Positions 25,700 through 33,142 of a DNA stretch of 37,974 bases are shown in pieces (the first letter of the stretch is position 1; each line of letters begins with the position of its first letter). The translations under genes and the position numbers were made by a program. The stretch covers positions 1 through 37,974 of the forward strand of contig CADBLN010000184.1 in the NCBI GenBank assembly GCA_902795525.1, written 5' to 3'. Origin of the DNA: an uncultured Erysipelotrichaceae bacterium. Its GTDB lineage: Bacteria; Bacillota_I; Bacilli_A; Erysipelotrichales; Erysipelotrichaceae. The notes under the pieces are model-generated. The model did not search any database. It was not told the origin of the DNA and saw only the letters and a list, made by a program, of their open reading frames with translations.

Positions 25700-25728
25700 A
25701 AGGCAAGCTTATACTTGCCTTTCTTTTT
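25700..25728 (+). terminator. intrinsic terminator after the VirB2-like gene
   Basis: AAGGCAAG (25700-25707) pairs with CTTGCCTT (25714-25721), followed by TCTTTTT. Confidence 0.65.
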
Positions 25729-25752
25729 AATGGAAAGGGAATATAAATTTTT

Positions 25753-27714
25753 ATGGTAACAGGATTAATAATAGGTATCTTATATGTTTTTTTATCCTCT
25801 ATTGCTAGTTTGTTGACAAATGCTGCTATTAAAGGCACGTTAATTATAGTTAACCCAGATTTATTGGCTATGTCTAATGCAGATGGCAGTCCAGGAAACG
25901 TTTTAAAAGTATTAGATGATGTTTTTGCAGGATTTTTAACTTCATCAACCAAAACAACAGGTGGAGCAACACTTGTTATAGGCCAAACAATAATGACGAC
26001 AGCCTATATCTTAATTATCTTTATTGTGGTTATTCAGACCCTTTCATCAATGGCTAGATCCATTCAAGGTGAAGATGCAGAAAATCCATTAAAAATAGTA
26101 TTAAGAGGGGTATTTACAATAATCTTAGAATTTGTAATATTTGGTAATCCATTTAGATCTACAAATAGCACATTGTTTTACAATAAAGGTTTGTTAGGAC
26201 AAATGGGGACTTTCTTTGCTGGTATTCTAGCACCTTTTAGTAATGTTTTAACACAAACAATGACAAATGATTTAGGTTTGGGTAATTGGACAATTAATCT
26301 ACAACCAGCAGAAAATATAATTTTATGTGTGTTAGCTTTCGCTGTGTTTAAAGGTGTGTTAGAAGCTGGCATTGTATTTGTTGAAAGATGGCTAACATTC
26401 GCTATGAGTGTTCTGTTTGGACCAATAGCAGTAGCAACAAACGCTTCAAGAGAAACATCTGATTCTTTCAAAAAATGGATGTCTTCACTACTTGGTCAGA
26501 TATTAACCATATTTATTTCTTTACTTATCTTCAATATGTTTTTGGGGACAATGGGACCTGCCTTTAAAAAAATGGGAGAAGTAACAAAAATGGGGTCGAA
26601 TATTATATTTAGCTATGTAATATCTATTGTTATATTAGCTTTATACAAGAATTCAGAGAAATTCCTAAACTCATTTGGAATTAGCACAGTTGCTAATGGC
26701 AACGCTTTTGCAGATGTAGCTGCGGGAATTCGTGCTGCCAAAGAGCTAACTCGAGGTGCTATCAGAACAGGTAGAGGTATAGACAGAGAACGTGCACGTT
26801 CTCGTTCTCGCCAAAACGGAGGAGATAAAAGACCACAAATACAAACATCTACACCTGAAAGCTATAAACAATTTCAATCTTCAGGAAGTGTTAATAAACA
26901 GCCACAAACAAAGAATATTAATGCAGCACCAATAAGCAAAGTTAATCCAGCTGCCTTCCACAATGCAACTTCTAACGAAGCTTCAGGAAGACTGCAAGCT
27001 GCATTTAAAGGAACAGAAGGAAAAGCAGTAAGTACATCAGATGTAATGCAGGCTCTTGGTCCTAAAGACACAAGCGAAATTAACAGTAAGTACAAGGATT
27101 TTTCACCTGTTTCTAAAACTTTTGCAACTGCCGAAGGAAATCAAGGTGTATTAATGTCAGCTAAAGATAAATCTACAGGTAAAGATGTCACTTTGGCAAT
27201 GTCCATGGGAACTCAAGATAAGTTGGATCGTGGTTCTACAATTACAACCATCACATCTGACAACACACCTGCAACATACCAATTGGACGGGGGATCAGCA
27301 ATACATTTGAATGATGGTGCTTCTTCAAGTTTCTTGCAAGAAGTAAGGCCAGTAAGTATGTTATCAGAAGCAGACTTTAATAATAGTGCCGAATTAATTA
27401 ATAGACACGGTTCATACGAACAATACACAAATTCAGTAAACAATGATATTCAAGCATGCCAGGAAATTACAAACTATCTAAATGGCTCTGGAGACGCTAT
27501 TAAAACATGGAAAGCTGCTGGTGTAGATGTTAGCTCATCAGTAGAACAGCATATAGCTAACGAAAACTATTACTTAGATAATGTTCAAGTTGCAACTATA
27601 GATAAAATTAACAGTTATTCAGATTCATTCACAACTACAAGTTCAGTTAATGATGACGAGATGGCCGCTGCTATGGGTATTAAAAAACGTAGCAGGAAAA
27701 AGGATAAAGAATAA
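25753..27714 (+). CDS. VirB6/TrbL-like polytopic channel protein with a hydrophilic S/T/N-rich C-terminal half
   Basis: About 7-8 predicted TM helices in residues 1-330, then a long polar tail. It sits next to the cell-wall hydrolase, as in Gram-positive T4SS loci. The SD is poorly spaced. Confidence 0.6.
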   Translation: MVTGLIIGILYVFLSSIASLLTNAAIKGTLIIVNPDLLAMSNADGSPGNVLKVLDDVFAGFLTSSTKTTGGATLVIGQTIMTTAYILIIFIVVIQTLSSMARSIQGEDAENPLKIVLRGVFTIILEFVIFGNPFRSTNSTLFYNKGLLGQMGTFFAGILAPFSNVLTQTMTNDLGLGNWTINLQPAENIILCVLAFAVFKGVLEAGIVFVERWLTFAMSVLFGPIAVATNASRETSDSFKKWMSSLLGQILTIFISLLIFNMFLGTMGPAFKKMGEVTKMGSNIIFSYVISIVILALYKNSEKFLNSFGISTVANGNAFADVAAGIRAAKELTRGAIRTGRGIDRERARSRSRQNGGDKRPQIQTSTPESYKQFQSSGSVNKQPQTKNINAAPISKVNPAAFHNATSNEASGRLQAAFKGTEGKAVSTSDVMQALGPKDTSEINSKYKDFSPVSKTFATAEGNQGVLMSAKDKSTGKDVTLAMSMGTQDKLDRGSTITTITSDNTPATYQLDGGSAIHLNDGASSSFLQEVRPVSMLSEADFNNSAELINRHGSYEQYTNSVNNDIQACQEITNYLNGSGDAIKTWKAAGVDVSSSVEQHIANENYYLDNVQVATIDKINSYSDSFTTTSSVNDDEMAAAMGIKKRSRKKDKE

Positions 27715-29528
27715 TGACTGAACGCAATAGTAATGAAGAATTAAGAAAAGGAGAGGAAACAGCCTCTTCCATTTCTAGTTATGCAGGAAGAAAAGTTCTT
27801 GATAAAGCTAAAGAAAAACTGTTAAATACAGCAGTAATTGAAGGTGCTAAAGATGCAATTGTCTCCTTAGTTTCGCAAGGATTAACCGCTTTTGCATCTA
27901 CAATAGGAGCTTCTGTATTCTTTGTTGTTATATTGATAATGTTAATCCCTGCAGTTATTTTCTCCGTTCAATTTATTTTTGGAGGAGCTTCAAGTAACAG
28001 TCTTATTGACAATAATATTCAAAAGGCTATTTCAGGTGCTTTACACTCAGTTAAAACATCATCATCAACTAGAGAGAACATAGTTCAGCAATTAAATGTT
28101 CAATATGGATGTGCAGGCAATGTCAACAATCTAATTGACACGGGGAGTGGAACTTACTACTACAAGACAGATCGATGCGAAATCACCGTAAGCTACACTC
28201 CAGGAATCGATACTATCAGCAAATCCATAGCTGCCTATGTAACTGCTGTAGATGGAACACTTGCATATTACGAGGAAGATGCAACAAAGCTTGATAAAAA
28301 TATCCTAGTAGATGAAGACGGAAACATTACAGGCTATGATACAACCAACTTGCCAGATATTAATAACACAGAGTCCTATATTACCGATACTGGGGAACAA
28401 GACGAAAACGGAATACCTAAGTTCACACTATCTGACGAAGTTAAAGATTTCATTAAAGAATCTAGCGATAATCCTTTATTAGACGGTTCATCAGAAGCTT
28501 ACGCAAAAGAGATTAGCAGCCGTGCTGGAACTTTCTTTAAAGTAGAGACCAATTTATCAAACTGGGAAAACAATCGCATAGTTTCAGCTAAAATATCTCA
28601 CACTGAAAAAGCATGTTATTTAGTAAGAGATCTAGTGACAGATGAACAAGTTCACGAAGAAGTATCAATGTCATTTTGCAATAACAAAGAAGACGATACT
28701 CATTACAAAGTAGAAAATAAAACTGTATGGCTAGATGGTTATAGAGGCTCAGTGGTTATTCCTATCTATTATGACGCCACAGATTACAAAAAGGATGAGC
28801 TTCAAGCAATAACCGAACGCCTTGTATCAAAAGGGGAAAGGTGCATATTTCCTGCGACTTACAATGATAATGATTACCAAGGATCTGAAGGATGCAATAA
28901 CGAAGAGGCAGACATGGCTGTAAATATGGTACTTTACAATTATTATGCCAATTCTTTAAATTACTTCGGCCTTACCTCGGACGAAGAATATATTAGCTCA
29001 TTTAATGCAACAGCAGGTTACTCTGGTGTCGCTACTTACAGTGGAGGCTTAGACTATGGAATGTTTGCAGGCAAAAGATATTCACTAAACACCTCCATAG
29101 CTCAAATGATTTGGGCCCATGCCGACAGATTACACTCACAAGGTAAGATAGGCGGTTCCACTACACAAAGAATTGGGGGATGTACTTACTTTGCTCAGAT
29201 GTGGTTTTATGACCATTATGGAGTAAGTCAATCTAAGGGGACTGCATCAGGCCATGGTGGTCAATTTGCTTCAGTAGTGTTAGATAAACATCCTGATAAA
29301 TTTGAAAGAGGCAAATCACCAGCACCTGGAGGTATCGTGTCAGCTGCATATGGCAGATATGGACACGTTATGTGCGTTGACGCAGTTGATTATGTGGCAG
29401 GAACAATTACATTCTCTGATGGTAATTATGATGGTGCAGGCGGTATTAGAATAATGAATACAATGTCCTTGCAACAATTCTACAACTTGTTCCCAGGAAC
29501 TTACATTTACGCTAATCCTAGACGATAG
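27714..29528 (+). CDS. T4SS-associated peptidoglycan hydrolase with a C-terminal CHAP domain (VirB1 analogue)
   Basis: N-terminal TM helix. CHAP catalytic context GGCTYFAQMWFYDHYG (Cys) and GRYGHVMCVDAVD (His). Confidence 0.75.
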   Translation: MTERNSNEELRKGEETASSISSYAGRKVLDKAKEKLLNTAVIEGAKDAIVSLVSQGLTAFASTIGASVFFVVILIMLIPAVIFSVQFIFGGASSNSLIDNNIQKAISGALHSVKTSSSTRENIVQQLNVQYGCAGNVNNLIDTGSGTYYYKTDRCEITVSYTPGIDTISKSIAAYVTAVDGTLAYYEEDATKLDKNILVDEDGNITGYDTTNLPDINNTESYITDTGEQDENGIPKFTLSDEVKDFIKESSDNPLLDGSSEAYAKEISSRAGTFFKVETNLSNWENNRIVSAKISHTEKACYLVRDLVTDEQVHEEVSMSFCNNKEDDTHYKVENKTVWLDGYRGSVVIPIYYDATDYKKDELQAITERLVSKGERCIFPATYNDNDYQGSEGCNNEEADMAVNMVLYNYYANSLNYFGLTSDEEYISSFNATAGYSGVATYSGGLDYGMFAGKRYSLNTSIAQMIWAHADRLHSQGKIGGSTTQRIGGCTYFAQMWFYDHYGVSQSKGTASGHGGQFASVVLDKHPDKFERGKSPAPGGIVSAAYGRYGHVMCVDAVDYVAGTITFSDGNYDGAGGIRIMNTMSLQQFYNLFPGTYIYANPRR

Positions 29529-29543
29529 AAGGAGCCTTATTTT

Positions 29544-29711
29544 ATGGCAAAATTAACAAAGAATAGATTAATTGAAAGATTATTGGAAATAGATCGAGAA
29601 GTAGAAAATGCGTTTGCCTTGCAAGACAACAAATATCTAATAGAGGCAGGGAAGCGTATAATGTCATTGATTGAAGAAATACAATCAGTAAAAGAGGACA
29701 TAACTGAATAA
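29544..29711 (+). CDS. 55-aa helical protein, candidate partner/antitoxin of the HEPN protein
   Basis: AAGGAG SD 7 nt before the ATG. Sequence MAKLTKNRLIERLLEIDREVENAFALQDNKYLIEAGKRIMSLIEEIQSVKEDITE. It ends 1 nt before the next ATG. Preferred over the minus-strand track ORF 29537-29719. Confidence 0.5.
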   Translation: MAKLTKNRLIERLLEIDREVENAFALQDNKYLIEAGKRIMSLIEEIQSVKEDITE

Positions 29712-29712
29712 T

Positions 29713-30126
29713 ATGACATTTCAGGAGTTTAAAATACTACATAGCGAAATAATATCCTATTTTCAAAGCATTGAATATAACTTAAAAAGGATGTATTCAG
29801 TAATGTCTTCTGAAGATTTTGATGACGAAATGGATATGTTAGAAACATCTAATATGGGAAACACAATTAGTATGTTAAAGAAATTGGATCATAGTGATGG
29901 TAAACCATGGTTGTCAGATACAGATTACGAAGAATTAGAACACATTAGGAAAATACGAAACTATTGGGTTCATCAATGCTATATAGACTATTTTTATAAT
30001 AAAAGGCGTCTAGTTAAAGGTGATGAGTTTGTAAGAATGGCAAACAAGCTTTCAAACGAACACGACAGAATATACAATCTTTGTAAAAAGATAGAAGCTA
30101 TTTGCATTGATTGGATTGAAAATTAA
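29713..30126 (+). CDS. HEPN-like domain protein (Rx4H motif)
   Basis: HIRKIRNYWVHQ matches the HEPN R-x4-6-H (RNxxxH) signature in an all-helical protein of about 135 aa. Confidence 0.5.
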   Translation: MTFQEFKILHSEIISYFQSIEYNLKRMYSVMSSEDFDDEMDMLETSNMGNTISMLKKLDHSDGKPWLSDTDYEELEHIRKIRNYWVHQCYIDYFYNKRRLVKGDEFVRMANKLSNEHDRIYNLCKKIEAICIDWIEN

Positions 30127-30145
30127 TATTTCAAATATTTGAATA

Positions 30146-30154
30146 TGATATAAT
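30146..30154 (+). promoter_or_regulatory. extended -10 promoter TGaTATAAT
   Basis: TG at 30146-30147 and TATAAT at 30149-30154. Same TGaTATAAT element as the toxin promoter at 31159. Weak -35. Confidence 0.4.
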
Positions 30155-30235
30155 ATAAATGGTTAAAATAACACATTGGTAACTAGCTGATTTGTCAGCT
30201 AAATCCTGTCAGGAAATCCTGTGTAACTGCCGTAT

Positions 30236-30265
30236 AACAGGAGAGTACTGCCTCTTTCCTGTTTT
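30236..30265 (+). terminator. intrinsic terminator closing a structured RNA of about 105 nt upstream of the GNAT pair
   Basis: AACAGGA (30236-30242) pairs with TCCTGTT (30257-30263), followed by a T-run. An inner GAG/CTC extension is possible. Confidence 0.5.
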
Positions 30266-30341
30266 AATATGGGAAAGAGAGTAAAAATTTACTTACAAAG
30301 AACTTTTGTGCTATTATGGGAAAGAAGGAGGTTTTAAGTAT

Positions 30342-30509
30342 ATGGCAAACATTAGTTTTGAAAAAGAAATGCGTCTAAACAAAAAAGAATCTGATGCACT
30401 GTTAGATATTCTTTTAAGTGACGACAAAGGATCTTATAAAATAACAACTCCTCCAGCCAAAAGGCTTTCTGGTAAGGAATTAAAAGAATTCTTAAACAGG
30501 AAGAAGTAA
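30342..30509 (+). CDS. 55-aa candidate antitoxin of the GNAT toxin
   Basis: GAAGGAGG SD. Sequence MANISFEKEMRLNKKESDALLDILLSDDKG... Its stop overlaps the next start (TAATG). Confidence 0.45.
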   Translation: MANISFEKEMRLNKKESDALLDILLSDDKGSYKITTPPAKRLSGKELKEFLNRKK

Positions 30510-31099
30510 TGGCTTATTACGAAGTATCTTTATTAGACTACATTGACGAGGTTGGAAAGGAGAACATAAAAAGTGTCCTTTCCAAATTTGTTTGTAAAGA
30601 AAATGAAGAAGTGGAGTATTTTTTAAGGGAACGTTCATTGCATAACGAAATTTATGGATTTGCAAAAACAGTATTAATATTCGATTCAGAAAGTGAAAAA
30701 AACGATATAATTGCATATTATACTATTACAACAAAATCACTAATTTTTGATAAAAAAATGAACAGCAATAAGAGAAAGAAATTCTTTGGAACCTCGTTAA
30801 CCAACGGAAATGCTATTCCTTCAATATTAATTGGTCAGCTTGGAAAAAATGAAGCAATAAGTAATTCAAATTTTACTGGCTCTCATTTAATGGATATGAT
30901 ATTTAGATACATTATAAATATGAGTATTCTAACTCCAAGTGTGGTTGCATACGTTGAGCATAACGGTTCATCTAAGTTGCGTAAATATTACGAAAAGCAC
31001 GACTTTAAGTATTTACAACGTGATGGAGAAGAGGCAAACGGTTTATACTGCCATGTTATCATGACAAAAAACCTCGTTTCAAAAGTCATTATGAAATGA
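30509..31099 (+). CDS. GNAT-family acetyltransferase of the TacT/AtaT toxin type
   Basis: IIAYYTITTKSL, PSILIGQLGKN and KLRKYYEKHDFKYL follow the GNAT-toxin pattern (AYYTL..., P..L+GRLA..., FYek.GF). Confidence 0.55.
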   Translation: MAYYEVSLLDYIDEVGKENIKSVLSKFVCKENEEVEYFLRERSLHNEIYGFAKTVLIFDSESEKNDIIAYYTITTKSLIFDKKMNSNKRKKFFGTSLTNGNAIPSILIGQLGKNEAISNSNFTGSHLMDMIFRYIINMSILTPSVVAYVEHNGSSKLRKYYEKHDFKYLQRDGEEANGLYCHVIMTKNLVSKVIMK

Positions 31100-31104
31100 A
31101 ACAG

Positions 31105-31136
31105 AGAATAGCATAAGGCAGGTGCTATTCTTTTTT
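31105..31136 (+). terminator. rho-independent terminator
   Basis: AGAATAGC (31105-31112) pairs with GCTATTCT (31124-31131), followed by T5. Confidence 0.7.
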
Positions 31137-31158
31137 ATCAAACATCATTTATCAAAAA

Positions 31159-31167
31159 TGATATAAT
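31159..31167 (+). promoter_or_regulatory. extended -10 promoter TGaTATAAT of the toxin mRNA
   Basis: TG at 31159-31160 and TATAAT at 31162-31167. Confidence 0.5.
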
Positions 31168-31239
31168 GTGTCTGGTGTTACCATAACGGTGGCGGTTAGC
31201 TCATCTCTCTATTAATTGTTAAAATAGGAGGTGATGTCT

Positions 31240-31320
31240 ATGAGTATAATGGAATTCATTTCTATTGTTTCACTTATTATTGGTGTGTATAGCTTAGCTA
31301 AAGCACAAAATAAAAAGTAA
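31240..31320 (+). CDS. 26-aa hydrophobic peptide, candidate type I toxin
   Basis: AGGAGG SD (31226-31231) 8 nt before the ATG. Sequence MSIMEFISIVSLIIGVYSLAKAQNKK, one TM helix plus a basic tail. The mRNA has long-range 5'-3' pairing. Confidence 0.55.
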   Translation: MSIMEFISIVSLIIGVYSLAKAQNKK

Positions 31321-31388
31321 CCGCCTCTAGCAAAGTCAGGTTACTTTAACCTTATCGGAGCTAACCGTCATCGGTAGCACCTTTTTAC
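31307..31388 (-). ncRNA. candidate antisense antitoxin RNA overlapping the toxin stop codon and 3' UTR
   Basis: Starts downstream of the minus-strand promoter at 31395-31424. Minus-strand terminator AAGTAACC (31346-31339) / GGTTACTT (31322-31315) followed by TTTATTTT. Confidence 0.5.
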
Positions 31389-31394
31389 ATCCTC

Positions 31395-31424
31395 ATTGTA
31401 CCATAGTTAATGTTTAAAATACAA
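31395..31424 (-). promoter_or_regulatory. promoter TTGTAT-18-TGgTACAAT for the antisense RNA
   Basis: Minus-strand -35 at 31424-31419 and extended -10 TGGTACAAT at 31403-31395. Confidence 0.5.
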
Positions 31425-31446
31425 ACAAAATATATTTCATAAATAC

Positions 31447-31475
31447 TTGTATTATATAGATTAATGTTGTATAAT
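31447..31475 (+). promoter_or_regulatory. promoter TTGTAT-17-TATAAT, probably giving a leaderless tnpA-like mRNA
   Basis: -35 at 31447-31452 and -10 at 31470-31475. The ATG at 31482 lies 6 nt after the -10 with no SD. Confidence 0.5.
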
Positions 31476-31481
31476 ACATAT

Positions 31482-31904
31482 ATGAAGGAAAGATTGTCAA
31501 CAAGTTATATCTATTGCAACTGTGAATACGAAGTCGTTTTCTTGCCTAAATACAAGCGTAAAGTGCTTATTGGCCAAGTAAAAGAAAGACTGGAACAGAT
31601 CATCTTGGAGCAATGTCAACAGATGGAAGTTGCACTACTGATGTTAGATACGCAAGAAGATAGAATCCACCTAAGAGTTCGTGTTGATCCGACAATGAGT
31701 ATTCATCAAGTGGTAAAGCAGATTAAAAGAGAATCATCAGTTCAGTTAAGAAAGGAATTCAAAGAGCTTACCACGAAACTGCCTACTCTATGGGATAACA
31801 ATTATTATGTAGCCACCATAGGAACAGCAGATATATGTGCAATAGAAGACTTCGTTAGAGAACAACCTACTTCACAAAGACAAAAAATTAAGTACAAAAG
31901 CTAA
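31482..31904 (+). CDS. tnpA: IS200/IS605-family TnpA (Y1 HUH transposase) homolog with substituted catalytic residues
   Basis: YEVVFLPKYKRKVLIG, DRIHLRV and KLPTLWDNNYYVATIG align by eye to IS608 TnpA (KYHIVWCPKYRRKVLVG, DHIHILA, KLPTLWTNSCFISTVG). HUH reads R-I-H, and the catalytic Tyr position reads Phe (EDFVREQ). Confidence 0.65.
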   Translation: MKERLSTSYIYCNCEYEVVFLPKYKRKVLIGQVKERLEQIILEQCQQMEVALLMLDTQEDRIHLRVRVDPTMSIHQVVKQIKRESSVQLRKEFKELTTKLPTLWDNNYYVATIGTADICAIEDFVREQPTSQRQKIKYKS

Positions 31905-31921
31905 AGAAAAGGAGAAAAAGA

Positions 31922-32269
31922 ATGAGAAAAATTATTGAATTAGCACAAGAGTTTCCTACTATCTTTGGAGGAATGAATGAAACTGAAATCGCACAACATG
32001 TATGGGATTTACAAACAAGTGGTGAGTATGAATATGTTCGAAGAGACGGAATAGGGACATTTGATATTAACGACAATGTTGAAATTGAGAAAGGTGAGTA
32101 TTACGACAGTTGCGAAGGAAAAACAAGTTTAGAATTACATCCACACAATGCTAAGAATTACAATTTAATAACAATATACTTAAATATTACTTTATGGGAT
32201 TTTCATGAAGATGAAGGTGTTTATTATTATGAATCACATGAAATGATTGGTTGGGAGTTAAACTTCTAA
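31922..32269 (+). CDS. acidic hypothetical protein (115 aa)
   Basis: AAAGGAG SD. Rich in E/D/Y. No motif recognised. Confidence 0.5.
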   Translation: MRKIIELAQEFPTIFGGMNETEIAQHVWDLQTSGEYEYVRRDGIGTFDINDNVEIEKGEYYDSCEGKTSLELHPHNAKNYNLITIYLNITLWDFHEDEGVYYYESHEMIGWELNF

Positions 32270-32550
32270 TGAAAAAAGCAATAGTAGTAATTGATATGCC
32301 AAAAGATTGTGCTAATTGTGAATTAAAAAGTAGTTTGTTTTGTGCAATAAATGGTGAGAGTTTATATACAACTGTTATTCAAAATGAAGATAAACCTACT
32401 TGGTGCCCTTTAAAACCTTTACCAGATAAAAAGACTGAAACAATTGATGTTACAGGAATGTGTTATGGCAAAGAAGTAGAAGAAGCATTGAAAAAATGCT
32501 GGATAAACATAGGTTGGAATAATTGTTTAGAAGAAATAGAAGGTGAATAA
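32269..32550 (+). CDS. Cys-rich phage-type small protein
   Basis: The ATG at 32269 overlaps the previous stop (TAATG). MPKDCANCEL...PTWCPLKPLP resembles a common prophage Cys-rich protein. Confidence 0.5.
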   Translation: MKKAIVVIDMPKDCANCELKSSLFCAINGESLYTTVIQNEDKPTWCPLKPLPDKKTETIDVTGMCYGKEVEEALKKCWINIGWNNCLEEIEGE

Positions 32551-32552
32551 GA

Positions 32553-32837
32553 ATGAAAGAGATTAAAACTATTTATTCTTGTGATTGTTGTAAGAAAGAA
32601 GTTAGTTCTGAAGAAGATTTAATCATAGTTAAGCTTCCATACCAAGTAGCTGTAAATACCACTGGTTCTTTCATTTCTTGGGAAATGATTGATGAATATA
32701 AAACTGCTATAGCCTTTGAAATTTGCCAAGACTGTGCAAAGAAAATTGTTGAAGGATATAGAAAATATATTGATGTAAGCAACAACCCTTATGAAAGTTG
32801 GAAGATAGAGCTAAAAAGCGAAGGGGAAAAACAATGA
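32553..32837 (+). CDS. zinc-ribbon-like small protein
   Basis: CDCCKKE...CQDCAKK form paired CxxC-type motifs. SD is GAAGGTGA. Confidence 0.5.
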   Translation: MKEIKTIYSCDCCKKEVSSEEDLIIVKLPYQVAVNTTGSFISWEMIDEYKTAIAFEICQDCAKKIVEGYRKYIDVSNNPYESWKIELKSEGEKQ

Positions 32838-33142
32838 ACAAAATGATATTAGATAAGCGATTGGAGAAAAAAATGAAAGCAACAAAAATAATAGTTAAAA
32901 AAATTAAATCTGAATACTTTATTGATGTTATTTTAGGCACAAAAACATTTGAATTAAGAAAAGAAGATGATGTTAGGTATGAAGTTGGTGATACGCTAAT
33001 ACTTAATGAAATTGATAATAATAAGAACTTAACAAATCGTAGTGCTGCATATAGCATCACTTATGTATTAAGGGGTTATGAAGGACTTGAAAAAGGTTAT
33101 GTGATATTGGGCATAAAGCCTTTAGGTGAAGAAAATGAGTGA
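32834..33142 (+). CDS. ASCH/DUF3850-like domain protein
   Basis: KKIKSEYFIDVILGTKTFELRKEDDVRYEVGDTLILNEID follows the DUF3850 pattern (LKI.PeyF.av.sG.KtFEiRknDRdf.vGD.L.L.E). The start may instead be 32873. Confidence 0.6.
   Translation: MNKMILDKRLEKKMKATKIIVKKIKSEYFIDVILGTKTFELRKEDDVRYEVGDTLILNEIDNNKNLTNRSAAYSITYVLRGYEGLEKGYVILGIKPLGEENE

Noticed and set aside
29537-29719. 60-aa minus-strand ORF
   Set aside because: It has no SD. The opposite strand carries a 55-aa ORF with an AAGGAG SD that is coupled to the next gene.
31447-31904. Calling a complete IS200/IS605 mobile element
   Set aside because: Only the tnpA-like ORF is present. I see no flanking subterminal hairpins and no tnpB, and the catalytic residues appear substituted. 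It is therefore reported as a CDS, not a mobile element.
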